DNA of 64,000 nucleotides, taken from contig JBEWZL010000219.1 in assembly GCA_045837725.1 (NCBI GenBank), positions 186,001 through 250,000 of the forward strand, written 5' to 3'. The DNA comes from Vermamoeba vermiformis (Eukaryota). The translations under genes were made by a program, and so were the position numbers. This document shows, piece after piece, positions 24,401 through 37,304 of this stretch. The stretch's first letter is position 1; the number at the start of each line of letters is the position of its first letter. The notes under the pieces are model-generated. The model worked only from the letters and a program-made list of their open reading frames with translations. It had not been told where the DNA came from and ran no database searches.

Positions 24401-24817
24401 GACGGCTTGCCTTCAGTGCTCTACGCCATGAATTCCAATTACAGATCTGCTGCTTCGAGTCCCAGCCAAGCGTCAGGCGAGCACGTGAGCTCATCAGCAA
24501 GCAGTCCTCAAGCGAGTCCTAAAGCACCAGCGCTGTTCGGCATAACGAGCGCTGACCTCCACAACAAGATGCCGATACACAGTCTGGTCAGCAACACCAA
24601 TCAGGGCTTCAATGTCAACTCGCCACTGACACCGCCTTCGCCACAAAGTCAATTAGCACAAATGTCACCATTCGTGCAAGTAGTGCAGCCAGATGAGGGC
24701 GTGAATGAGACGAATGTGCTCGACTTTTTCAACACAGCGAGCAATGTGAATAGTTACGACGACAATTCACTGCCACTGACACCGAACGGATCTGTCGCGC
24801 AGTGGTTCAGGCAGTAA
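21489..24817 (+). CDS. Zn(II)2Cys6 (GAL4-type) binuclear-cluster transcription factor
   Basis: Exons 1 and 2 splice to ACTNCRSKHAKCDGTVPCTRCIKKGLSATCSF...KRRGP. Then a coiled coil, a helical middle region and a Ser/Pro-rich C-terminus. Confidence 0.9.
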
Positions 24818-24891
24818 TAATTTGCAAGCATAATTAATATCAATTGTAAATAGTAACAGTTTTGAATCGCCCTTGTAATAAATATCTCGTT

Positions 24892-26805
24892 TTATTTCTG
24901 ATCTAGCAGCTGATTGATCATTGACCGCATTTCAACGAGTCGCAGTGTGTCGTCTAAAATGGATTTGATTTCTTTTCTGTACATGATGGCGAGTCTCTTT
25001 TTCACGCTCAGTGATTGGTCGGTTAACAGTTCATTCTCATCTGCGTAGTTGTGTGCAGATTGAATGGTGTTCAGCAGATCCATCGCTGTGTCTTCGAGTG
25101 CAGTCAACACGCGGTCTTCATTGCTCGGATTGAGCATGGTGAATGGATTCTGCGAGTCAACGAGCTGTTTCAGTTCCTCGTCGTCTGCTGCGATGATTCT
25201 CAGCGTGGCGAGCAGTTTAGGTGCAATGATATCTCGGCGCAGATAGTGTTCTAAAGATAGTCCAAAGTGTTTTAAGAGCTCTCGTTTGACAGGTGTCAAA
25301 CTGTCATCACCAGTCTCAAACGAGATCGGGAACTTGTCGTAGCAATTGTTGGGCGTGACAAATCCATAGTATAACAGCAACTCGCGATTGGAGAATGGTC
25401 CGTAGCACAAATGCAGTTCTGTGCCTAAAAATAGCTGTGATTAGCAAGCAATGTTGGTGTTCATTGTTACCTTTAGTGTAGTCTCCTAACATGCGGAACT
25501 GCAGTGCATTAATATCTTCGTTCCAAAATCCTCTCGTCTCGATCTGTGCGTACGGGTGTGTGTTCATCATGTCTATAAAAGGCAATAAACAGTTCTTGAA
25601 CTTTTTGAACGAGAAACTTCGACTGTCAAAAATGACACGTGTCCACAAGTAGTTGTCAAAGGTGAACACTGAGGGCGGGAAGTGCTCGGGGTATTTGTTG
25701 AATATCGGCGTCCATTCAGTGAAATAGTGCTGGAACTGTTGTTTGTTCAGTGCAATTTCTTGCCGGATGGGCAGGCCTGACAGTTCATGTAACTCGTCTT
25801 CACTGAAATAAAATGCTACGGGCAGTTCATCCTACAAACCAAAAGGTAATATTAGCGCTGTGGTGTCAAAATGTTAAAGTGTCAAAGTGTCACAACTTGC
25901 CTTGGTCGGTAAAATATCGAGATAAGGACGCCAAATCGAGTTCGGGTTATTGAAGGTCTCGTTAATGAAGTACAACGTGAGTGCACCTTCGTCATCGAGT
26001 ACTTGCTGTGCTTTCAGTTCACTGAACAGATTTCCTAATTTGGGACATTTGAGTGCGTGAGCAGCGCTGAGAATCAAGTGCTCGGGCAATGTAAACACAA
26101 TCTCATCGCACTTCATATCGCGAGTGCACATCACTCCGCGGCCAGTCAACGAGAATTCAGCCAGGGCGATGTCAGCGTACATTCCTTAAAAGGAAAGTTA
26201 ATCGAGGCGTGGATCAGGACCACTTTATGTACCGTTCTGATGCGCCCAGTTTATGAACCGTTGTATTTTTGGATCGGCGTCGCTGGCTAGCACTTTGATT
26301 GGAGTCGCAGTGGACTTAGCGGCAAATTGATTGCACAGCTGGCGGGTGTGTTGGAGATGCAGATCGAGGAGCCGAGTTTGCTTGTCGTTGAGATCTTGTG
26401 ATGTTAGTATAGTTTGTAACTTCTTTTTGATGGTCATTAATGTTTTCATTTCATTTTGAGGTGTTAAATCAATATTGAGATTCGGCGTTGGATCTTGAAA
26501 ATAGATCTCGTCTTGTGTCATTTGCAAAATGCACGCCTATATTTTTAATGGTTAATAAACAATTATAAACAATATGTTGTAGCGCTAATTTGAAGATTTT
26601 CGGCGTTGATAATTAATTAAAATTGATCCAACAAACTTACCACAGCAAAGAGTTGCTTGAAGCTCTTCTGGTCATCATTAAGCTCTATATTCATATTTAA
26701 TTCTTTTCTATCAATCAGCCATTTCTTTTCGCGGATCAGATCCTCAGGCTCGTTTGGATCGAACAAGAGAGGGATCTGAACCGTTGAATTTTCACTCGTC
26801 TCCAT
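24892..26805 (-). CDS. SET-domain lysine methyltransferase, Rubisco-LSMT/SETD3-like
   Basis: TGRGVMCTRD, WRPYLDILP, FDSRSF, LLPFIDMMNT, CYGPFSNRELLLYYGF, plus a C-terminal substrate-binding region. Confidence 0.92.
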
Positions 26806-26919
26806 ATCTCCAATGAAATAATGTACCAAACGCTTCTTATTACAATACACAGACGATAAAATTCAATCAGAATCGCGTTTGTGTTCGGAGTTCCAAAATC
26901 TGGCACGGAAAAAAAGAAG

Positions 26920-28459
26920 ATGCTTGTTTTCGGGTTGTCAATAATTTTATTCATCTTTATAAAGAGCCACACAAGCAATATGTTAGAAAAAGGAATTTTG
27001 TTGCGTCCTGTCTCGCTCAGCTTATTCGTTGCAACAATCTTTTGCGCCATCTTTCCGGATCTGCTTCAGTTCATTCGTTACAAGCATTCGTTGATTGGAA
27101 TTAGCTTATTATCAATAGTGTACATTGCATACAATCAGCTATTTGCATTTCGGAAGTCCATCGGGCTGGATTCGTCTCAATCCCACGGTAAGTTGAAATT
27201 TACTTTTGCCCGATGCATTCTAAACGCCTGATCATAGCAATAATATATATACAAGAATTATTAACACCATTTTCTCAATTAGTGTCGTCGAACAAGGGCC
27301 ACATCCGTTTGTTAACGTACAACATCTTCCTGCGTCCTCCATTTATTCGCAATAACGCAGATGATTACAAAAACGAACGATTTGAGGATTTTCTTAATCA
27401 CTTGGATAACTATGACGTGATTGCACTGCAGGAGATGTTTTCTTTGGTAATTCTGGACAGATCCGTAAATTAATTATGATTTTGTTGGTTAATGGTTGAT
27501 TCTTAGGGTAATTCAAGACAAAAACGCTTATTGGATCTGGCTTACCAGAAGGGCTTCCATTACACGGTCAAGGTACACAAAATAGCGCTATGCGGAATTT
27601 ACCTAACTTCCACATCCGTAGTCTCTGCCTCCTCCATTATTTTCCAAGAAGTTTATCGACGCAGGACTTGTTATATTATCGCGATTTCCTATTGTTGAGA
27701 ATGGTGGTCACATTTATACGGCTGGAAGCCAGATCGACTCGTGGGCAGCGAAACAAGTCATTTACGCCAAAATCAAGGTATTGTACGCACTATATAACAA
27801 CAATATAGGCTTATATATTTAACTAGACCGGCGAGAACAACTTCTTTTACCTGTTTACGACGCACATGCAAGCCAGCTACAACGACAATAGTCCGGAGCA
27901 GAATGTAGTGAACGACAAGTGAGTGATTAGCAGCGTATAATGAGCGATATATTAACAAGATTGACAATATAATAGGGCGCGTATTGATCAAGTAGCTGAG
28001 ATGTGTCAATTTATCAAAAATGTGACGCGTGCTAGTCCCTGGCCAGCGATCATTGCAGGCGACTTGAACATCGATGCGAAAGAACAGCGACACTGCGGCG
28101 TGACTCAGAGCGGCGAGTACGCATCGCTGTTCCAACTGCTCAATAGTACGGAGCTGGTAGTGACAGATCTGTTGCGCGAAAGTTACGGTCATCATCCGAG
28201 CACGTACGGCGATGCGTACTTGTGTTCAGTGAACGAGACTTGGAGACCGAAAGAGACCGTGCTGACAGCTCCTGTGGACCACTGCACCAAGATGTGCATT
28301 GACTACTTGGTGCTGCTCAGTCCGCGCGACCACGACACGAACAACCTGAGAATAGTTGACAAATCCACCAAAGTGGAGGAATTTTGCGTGCTAGGCAAGC
28401 CTTACTCACATCTCTCCGACCACTATGGAATCTCTACAGTACTTGACGCGTCAGTGTAG
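26920..28459 (+). CDS. Neutral sphingomyelinase-like exo/endo/phosphatase-family hydrolase with N-terminal TM segments (start codon uncertain)
   Basis: LLTYNIFLRPP, YDVIALQEMF, DAGLVILSRFPI, LFTTHMQA, IIAGDLNI, CIDYL, LSDHYGI. Confidence 0.88.
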
Positions 28460-28741
28460 ACGTACTTGTAAATATAACCGAAAAAAAAGCAGCGGATTGG
28501 GTTACGCGTCGTGGCTACAAAGGCGCTCACGGCTACCCTTTTATTGTACAAATTAATTTGAGTTCAAACTTATAATATAGTTCTGAAATAAATGATCTCT
28601 AAAACTGTTGAGCAGATCTTCGGATAAATCCCGCCAAAAATGAAATTCTTGAGAACTAGCTGTTTTTCGGTACAAAAAATTCAGATTGGTAACTCTTTAT
28701 GTTTCTACTTTCCAATACAAGCACAACAATTCAACTTTAGG

Positions 28742-29458
28742 ATGGCATTAAGTCTTTTCCTTGTTAAATTCAACGATCGGTACCAGATCGCAAGTGTTAA
28801 TCTAGATCCCCAAGACAAACAGTGGCATCCTTTCTCTGTTGATATTTTGCGAAAATATACCAAGCGAGTAATGCGCCAACTACTCACCGTAAGTTAACTG
28901 TGGATTATTCCAACTAGTTGACCAATAATTTTCTAGATCTTAACAGAACTTCACGCAAGAGATTTAGCGCATCGATTTATATGCCCGGAGTCTATCAAAT
29001 GGCGCTGGAACGCGAAGGGGAAACCCGATATTTCTCTTAGCAACTTGTTTTTGATAGAAACACAAAACATTGGTGGTTTGTTGCCAGATGGTGCCGAAAA
29101 AGCCCCATTCACGGGTCCGTACTTCCCGCCAGAGCACTTCACTGGCGATAATGGAGTGTCTACCGCTGCTGACATCTATTCTGCTGGAGTTATATTTGCT
29201 GAACTGGTAAGAACTCAGAATCCGTACCCTATTATAGTCCAAGTAATAATTGATTTCTTTCTGTAGTTGCTTAATGACTTGCCTGACACGGTTATTTTTC
29301 GCTCCTTTGGCAGGACATTTCCCTCAGCCAGCGTGACAAACGATCCAAAGTGGCATGAAGTCGATCCAAAAGCACGACGGCTCCTTAAGAACATGTTTTC
29401 AATACCAGTACTGAGAAAGACTGCAGATAAGTTATTAGAAAGCCGTTACTTCAGGTAA
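28742..29458 (+). pseudogene. Kinase C-lobe-only pseudokinase or gene remnant
   Basis: Spliced KRVMRQLLTILTELHARDLAHRFICPESI...LSNLFL...YFPPEH...AADIYSAGVIFAELL...RKTADKLLESRYF. HRD and DFG are degenerate and no N-lobe was found upstream. Confidence 0.6.
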
Positions 29459-29842
29459 ACGGCGTTGCGACGTGACTGTTTTGTAAATATTGTATATAGT
29501 AAAATTCTTCAATTACTTGATAAGCTGATCTTGCGGTACACCGTTTCAATATCATCCGCGGCTTACAGAGCAAAATTAGTATCGTCCTAGTTTCTAGTAG
29601 AGAGCGAATCAATTTTTCTGACTTATCGCATGCCTCTCGAATTGCAAATTGAAAGCATCCGTTTAATTTCACTGTCAACAATCGCGAGGTGCAAGGTGCA
29701 TAGCAGTCTTATTCGCATCTATGCATTCGCGTAAGCTACTAATTACTAACGTTGTAATTTATTTAATTAATTTCAATATTCCCAGTTATCCAAGCGTATG
29801 ACGGGACTGTATAGGATGCTATATCGCATGTTAATTGTACCC

Positions 29843-30115
29843 TTAGTAACCATCCGCTGAAATGAAGAAATCATCTTGGGCGAAAAACATGTTGTATTCA
29901 CCACTCTTGATACCTCCGCCACCCACACTGCCGTCGGCTCTCGTTGTGGTATCGAGTTGGAAGGAAGTAGCAGGGCAGCCAACTGATGCAGGCTTCGGGT
30001 CGTAAGTGTAGGTGTAGGATCCGTTGCCGTTAGAAGTACTGGTCGTTGGAATGTTGGTGCAGAAGGCGTTTACAGAATTAGTCAACGCTATTCCGGCACT
30101 AATGGGAAAGGACAT
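29843..30115 (-). CDS. Small intronless 90-aa protein of unknown function
   Basis: ORF begins with ATG after a CA-rich leader (aacacaacacatcATG) like those of neighbouring genes, and codon use looks coding. No family recognised. Confidence 0.6.
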   Translation of the reverse strand: MSFPISAGIALTNSVNAFCTNIPTTSTSNGNGSYTYTYDPKPASVGCPATSFQLDTTTRADGSVGGGGIKSGEYNMFFAQDDFFISADGY

Positions 30116-30479
30116 GATGTGTTGTGTTAGTATTGTACTGTAACTAACCAGACTGGGAGGAGAACGGAGACCGAGAGACGGCAGGAGGGCGAAAGAAAAC
30201 CGAACCGAGACGCCAGTAGTTCAAATTCAAATTGAAAATTACAATCAAATTGCTTCATTCCGTTGGTGCATTCGGCTTTCCTTTTCGGAATTGATCCGAA
30301 CATTTTCTTTTTCCGATGGAATAGGAGAAGAGCGTTACTCATTGCTTATTGCTATGCCATCGACGGTTATATCTTGCATTTGAGTTACGCGGAGATGTAG
30401 ATAATGGTTACCCGCAACAAAATTTCTTCCGTCTGCGGGCCGAAGGAAACAAATCCGATAGTTAAAATAATTGCGTGTA

Positions 30480-32509
30480 TTAAACAGGAATTAACAACCA
30501 CTTCTGAATGTAGTGCTCAATTTGTTTTCTCGCGTGCTCCAATGCAGCAGGCTTGGTACAGCCACCAGGACAGCCACCTAACAGACGATTCATTAGCTAT
30601 GCAGTACCACACTAGCACTGTTCAGTGTGACGTACGATAGTCAGCGCAGTGACAGCAGTTGTCGCCACATTGAATCACAAGTGCGGGTTCAGAGGCACTC
30701 AATGACTCGCGCACACCGGCCCACTAGTGCACAGAGTCGCCGTTAGTATAGGCATGCAATATATGGTGCCGAGCTGAATCTAACTTACCTGCCACGGGTC
30801 TTGCGAGCCATTAGCAAAGTAGACATTGGTCGCGGAAATGTTCGCGGCACCGTAGTAGGCATTAGTAGCTTCAGTGTCGGGCCACAAGTCCTGCAAGTAG
30901 GTCACATTAACATCGTCCTAGTGACACGTGTCATATAGTCGCGTACCATGCCAAACACATTCTTGCAGTGAGTGCGGTGGTAAGTCATGTTCACGAACTT
31001 GGATCTGATGCTGCCAGTCGCAGGGGCGTTCTGGAAATACGCCAATTCGCTGCACGTCTGGTACCACCACTGACGCGAGCCATCGCCCGGCTGAATTTTT
31101 TGTTGCATTTGTGTGCTGTATTGCGAGGCTGTACCGAAGATTGCCATCCAGAAATTGGTCACGTAATTGGCATAGGCCTCAACCAGGGAGTGGTTCAGGG
31201 CCTTGGCGGTCTCCATGGTCGTGCACAAGTTCGTTTGATAGCTAAATAAGGCAAGGATAAGAGATTTCTTTGTCGGCTGAAAAGTCACGTGCCCGAAGTA
31301 AATTTTTTCACGGATATATTGTCAAATAATAAAATTGATAAAATTATTTTTGGTCCGTACCCGTACTGCACGCTCTCAGCCATCGAATCAGCCAAGAAAT
31401 AAAAGAAATCTCCGTCGTCCTCCAACACCGTGGCTTGGAAGAGTTGTTTGATCTTTTTCTTGCTGTCACCGCCAGCCAAGACCATCTTCTCCGCTGCAGC
31501 TGTAGTCTCGCGCAAGACATTGGCGCACTTGGCACCGGCCGAGGCTGCAACTTGCTGGTCAAACGCGGTGAAGTCGAGGATCGCATTCACGACTCCACTG
31601 CTCGACAAACTGCCGCGCGTCAAGTGCGGGAACTTCAATCTGAACCACGCTAAATTTGGAGATGTTATTACCATATTTGGAAATAATTTTTGAACGGGAT
31701 TAGTACCGGACAGAGCACCAGAATAAGAGCAGCCAAAAGTGAACCAAGCGTTGCTTTGTAATCCATTGGCCTCTTTGTATTTAGTGATGAACATGGCAAG
31801 GTCGTATATGGCTTGTTTAGAGCTCAACCATTGCAAGTTTGGAGTGCTCAGATCTGCGGTCGGGATCGAAGCTCCATAATAGCGGTGTTCAACGGCAATA
31901 ATCTTAGCGCCAAATTTCTACACGACATTAGAAAATTAATACTATTTACTAAAATATTGGAGGCCTTACTTCAGCCAATCTAAGAACTTCAGGGCCAGAT
32001 TGCTCGTCAGGAGATCCGGGCAAAGCAGCTGGATCCTCGAATTAATTTCAATACGCAAGATTATTGATATTATTACCTTCTCCCGATATGAACAAAAATA
32101 TAGGGCCAGTAGGCTGATTCCAATAGCTATTGTCCTCGTAATATCGTTGCTTAAAGGTCCTGAAATAAAAATATCAGCATAATAATTAAAAAAACATCCA
32201 ATAATATTTTAATCGCCGCAATATAATGTATAACCAGTGTTGGATGAATTTATAATTGTAAAAGGAATTTTCTGCGACCGCTAGATATTTTTTAAAAGTA
32301 CTAAAGAAAATCTAACGGATATATTTATTAACTATCAAGTCTTACTTTGTATTTTGAGGATTGAAATGATCTAAAGTTTGTTCGAACCAAAGTGCGTTGC
32401 TATTTCTCGCAGATGGGCGTTGCAAGTACTTCGGCCAGGCCTTGCTCACTACAGAGGCACTGAATAGACACAATGCAACTGCAAAGGTCAATATAATAGT
32501 GCGTCGCAT
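30480..32509 (-). CDS. Secreted/lysosomal serine carboxypeptidase, family S28
   Basis: Signal peptide; WFEQTLDHFNP, FFIGE, EHRYYGAS, LSSKQAIYDLA, FGCSYSGAL, RQWWYQTCSELAYFQ, NGSQDPW, HCAD. Confidence 0.94.
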
Positions 32510-32630
32510 GTTGTTTATTGCACTGACAAATAATAAAAGTATTTTGCGTGAAACAGAACCTCTAAACACAACTTTCCCGAAGCATCACGTGTCATTTATT
32601 CATTGGTCTGCTTTCAATTTGTAGTGGCGT

Positions 32631-34367
32631 TCAAAGAGCGAATAAGTAGAGCGTGACCATCATCACTGAAGCCTCAACGACAACAGCACTATTAGATCGT
32701 GTCTGCGGAGTGCCTGCGACAGGAGTGACTTGGGCCACAGGGGCAGCGACAGGGACTTCAGCCAATGGTGCAACAGGAACGGCGTCACACGTGAATCCAT
32801 CGCCCGTGTACCCTTGTTTGCAGGCACACGAGTAGCCAATCATTTCTTCAATGCAGTCAGCGTTCTTATCACACTTGTTAGCAGTAGGTGAGGCGCACTG
32901 GTCATTGGGAATGAGCCAGATGTCTTTGCGACCAGGAACGTCATCGTTGGTATTCGAATATCCTGTCCCAGCCACAATGTAGAGGTCACCGTTCATGATC
33001 TTGCCAGGCATTTGTCCACCGTAGGCCAAGCCAGGCATAGTCGAACCAGGCGTTGCGATAGTCGCTGTAGACACCCAGCTGATCGATACTACTGATGTTG
33101 CCGTACACGAGCCTCCATTGCTTTAGACTCTTGCTGTACTGCCACACTTGATTTGATGGGCCGAATTCTCCCGTGGACGACATGGCACCGGCAGAAAAGA
33201 GCATCAGAGTACCGTCCAGTCTGTCAACCAGCGAGCAACTCTCACAACCACCAGGGTGATTGTCAGCGTTGTAGTCATCAGAGGTCGAAACTGCACTCAT
33301 TGTTTCCGGGGCGAATGGTCCTGGCGGCATGTACTCGATTTCGTACCGACGATTGCCGCGAGTGTCAAAGGTCCACATGACAGCACTGTCAAAATAATCG
33401 AAACTAAGTTGTCCGTAGCCTCCGAACAACCACACTTTGTCGTTTTCATCAATAAAGCAAGCTGAGAGGTATGTGCCACCAAAGTAAGTCTCGTTGCCGA
33501 CCACACCAGATTTTATATCTCCGTAGATGTACGTCCATAATTTAGATGTGGTATTAAAATGCCAAACGGAATTTTGGTATCCGTTCCTGTTGTAACCAGC
33601 CAGACTCCAAATATCATTCTGCGAGTCAACAACTAGACATTGGCCCTCCTGGTATCCAGGCCACACGTCCTCGCCTGGCTGACCTGGATTGGCACCAATG
33701 CTGGGGACGTCAGTAGCGGGATCAAGTCCGTGCACTCTGACGAACATCATGGAGGTCGTGTTGAACATCCACAACTCACCGGTGTACTCGTAAGATGTGA
33801 ACCAAATGTTGTCGTTGTTGTCTAGAGCCAGGTGAGTGTATAAAATGTAGCCAGGATGATTGTTCACTGATTCCACCCCGAGCTCACCTGGTTCACGAGA
33901 GTCGGTTGTGGCATAACTGGGATCTCCCCAAACGTATCTGTAAAGATCTGTCTTTGGGTCGTAATTCCATACGGTGTAAAGACGGACTGCTGCACCGACA
34001 CTGTAGTCATAGCGAGAACCAAACATGATCCACAAAATGCCTTTCGAATCCACTGCCATTCCCGGACCAAGCGACCGTGAACCAGCACCAACAGTAATAT
34101 TAGCCCAAACTCCCTTCTCAGCAACGAAACTTTCGGCAATATTGGTGAAATCATTGCCACCAGGGATTGCTGAAAACTTAAATTAGCTACGTATGCCATA
34201 AAAAACCGCTAAAATTCGTTTGAATTATTGTACGTTTAATAAGGTGTTGAGATTGACTTACACACATCAACGTTGGTCGGTGAAAGCCAAATTGGCTCAA
34301 CAATCGCGGATACTGTTACAAAAATAGCGAAGAGGACGCTCAAGTACTTGCCAAGACCGAACTTCAT
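32631..34367 (-). CDS. Secreted kelch/beta-propeller protein with an EGF domain and a probable GPI/TM tail (apparent frameshift near 33053)
   Basis: Signal peptide MKFGLGKYLSVLFAIF; repeats DSQNDIWSLAGY and DENDKVWLFGGYG; EGF CDKNADCIEEMIGYSCACKQGYTGDGFTC; PVA-rich stalk and hydrophobic end. Confidence 0.8.
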
Positions 34368-34507
34368 GAGTTGTGTTTGCGCAAGAATAAAGACTAAGAA
34401 TAAATAAATTACGTGCCAACCTAAATTTAGACGTACAATAATAATTTATATTTGTTGTTGGCAAAACCTCGAATTTCGGCGAATTTACAATGAATTTAAC
34501 ATAGTTA

Positions 34508-34850
34508 CCAAGACCAATGCAACGCGCGTAAAACCAACAGCTGGTTTGTTTTGTCGGAATGGCCGTGGGAGGTGTTTATCAATATAGGCGCTGCAACGGG
34601 TGCTGTGGATATAGTGAATTAAGCACTAATAATTAACAAACACTTACGATTCATACAGCCGCTGCGGGTGTCCGAGATCTGCCCAGAAGGACACGTGCAA
34701 ACCACGCCACCGGCACATTGCTTTGAAGCTGTCACCACAATATATATATACGTACCATAAATCTACAAGGATTAGGAATTTATGAAATATCGTACCGTTA
34801 AATTACGTACCGTTATCCAGGCATAGCCAAAATTTCATTCGTAGATCTTT
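34508..34850 (-). pseudogene. Degenerate partial duplicate of the 3' end of the adjacent surface-protein gene
   Basis: KQCAGGVVCTCPSGQISDTRSGCMN followed by gt (34645-34735) parallels EQCDGGVDCRSDCTCPAGQISDTRSGCMN followed by gt (35460-35550). Flanking frames contain stops. Confidence 0.6.
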
Positions 34851-35271
34851 CTCCAAATTTCTTTTGTATGCCAAATTACTTGTTCCATTACTTGCATACT
34901 AATGATACATAGACGACATCCTCCAATGAGAAGTAAGAGAGCACCAAAATCGTTACTTCTGGTAAAATATCTTCAAAAAATTCCACGCCTCTGCTTATAT
35001 CTTCTATTAATAAATTATTTCACTTCACAACAATAGGTATTATTTCCATATTTTTTAGTTGATTAAAAATATATTCGAACTTGAATTATTTACTCTTCCG
35101 AAGTCAAGTTGTGCTTATAGCAGATATTAGTACTCTACAACAATTGCTTGGCATCGTGTAGGCCACGTGAATAAAGAAACATGAGAAGAAAGCTGAAAAG
35201 TTGTGCACGCCTTGTACGTTTCGATTCTTCAGGTGGGTGAAATACAAATGATCTAATCGGTTTTAGTCGCT

Positions 35272-37304
35272 TTAGTTTAAAAATACAATTACCAATCCTA
35301 TGACGAATTGAATTAATACGCCCAGACTCAAGCGTCCTGAGTGGCTCGTTGGAGTTGGTTGCATGACAGGTGTCATAATTGGACTTCGAGGGACAGCGAC
35401 GGGAGCTACGGCGATAAGTGCGTGAGATGATGAATCTAAGGCATAAAACATTACGTACCATTCATACAACCACTGCGCGTGTCGGAGATTTGACCCGCAG
35501 GGCATGTGCAGTCGGATCTGCAGTCCACTCCACCGTCACATTGCTCTGGACCTTCAGTGAAGTAGTCGCCGCAGTAAGTGCCGTAGATCTGGATATGGTG
35601 TGTTAGCGTCGGTGGGCTGATTGCACCATTACTATTAACGTACCGTTATTCTCGCATAATGTATGCCGGAGGTTGTTGAAATTTCAGGCCAAGCAACGGC
35701 ACCACCAGTAGGCCAGACAGTCACCGAATGCAACAAATCAGCGTACGGCACTGTGGCGAGTGCATTCTCTGCATCGGTAATCGTGTGCACCGTGTGGAGG
35801 TTGGATTGGTTCAGCGCGAAGACTTGATCCCCGTCCACTTGAGCAAACGGAAATGTCACGTAGGTGCGCGGAGTCACCGTGGAACAATAGAACAGACCCT
35901 CGCCTGTCAAGCACGGGGCATTAGAGTGGTGTGAGATGATATGTAGTGAATACTAACCGTCTGCATTGAGTGCAGTTCCAAGGGCTTGAAGGTACGTGGG
36001 AATAGCAACGGTGTTTTGAGTGACAATGGAGGTGCTGTTGAACTTCATCGTGTGCAAGAAATACGCGCCTAATGCCGCGTCGTTACTAATGCCGATGGTT
36101 TGTTAAAGAAAGAAAAGTGCTTGTACGTACCTGAGTCTCCGTCCACTCCGAAAGAAATTGATGAAAAAGTGTCAGGTTCGTTGACCGTGGCTGTGGTCGA
36201 TGTCGTCAAAACTATCGTTGCATTCACAAACGGCGTGAATTCTAGTAAAAAAACATTATGGCGTCAGAAAAGAAGTCATTGTAAGTACTATAAATTCAAC
36301 GCACCTTGCAAGATATTGAAATTTTTGTCCAGTACGATGTAATACAATCGCAAGTCAAACAAACCAATGTTGAAGGCTCTAATCATGGATATAGCAATAG
36401 TGTCGCCGCTGAGGGCCATCGAAGGATGAACATTTTGATAGTTGACAGCTATGAGACGAGATTAATATTCAGTCCCCAATTTTTATCCGAGGAATGCGGC
36501 TATATGAGCTTATTATGACTTACGGTACAATAGAGAGTTGAGAATGTGGCCAGTAGAATTGATGCGATAGATTAAAAAGTATGCGTAGGCGTAGCGAGGA
36601 CAGCTCATGATAATATCGCCATTCGTATCGAGTACCGCGGTAGGTTGAATGCATTTGTACGTTATAGAGATTAGAATTGGCTCAGAGACCGGATTTACTG
36701 TAAGATCTGTTAGTACGAACGGTTAAATTTTCGTAGGTAACAAAACTTACAATCAGCGTCATATTTTCTCATGTAATAGTAGTTGTTAGCGAGTCCGCTG
36801 TAATAAAAAACTGCAAATCCACCGTCTGCCAATGCTACGATTAATGGCGCCGAATAAAATTCAATCCCAATAGTGGCGTCAGTTGATATATCGAACTGTT
36901 TAATGACATCGCCCGATGTACTAGCAATAGCTCCGCGAACATATGCCCATGAACCTGACAAACAAAGCCGTTAGCGCGGATGCGACTAATATTCGATTGA
37001 AACTTACTGTTTTGATTTAAATTACGGACCTGCCACGCAGCAGCAATTTTATCAGTATTTGGAAGGTGTTCAACGACCACTGCAGACTCAATCATCTCCG
37101 TTTCGGATGAGACACCCAACGCAATTTGCGACTTTATTGGTTGCGGCAATGTTTGCGCCAATGTACATCCTAATAATTAAATTGATTATTGTCTGAACTT
37201 TGAGGCCGAAACTGGATTATATTATTGGCATCGACGGGATCGGGACACGGCAGATGCTGCTTACCTATCACCAAAATAAATACACTTATTCGCAGCGATA
37301 ACAT
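35272..37304 (-). CDS. Secreted/membrane-anchored surface protein with a Cys-rich CGD..EQCD module
   Basis: Signal peptide; beta-rich region (IVALADGGFAVFY); CGDYFTEGPEQCDGGVDCRSDCTC; Pro-rich stalk; hydrophobic C-terminus. Confidence 0.65.
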
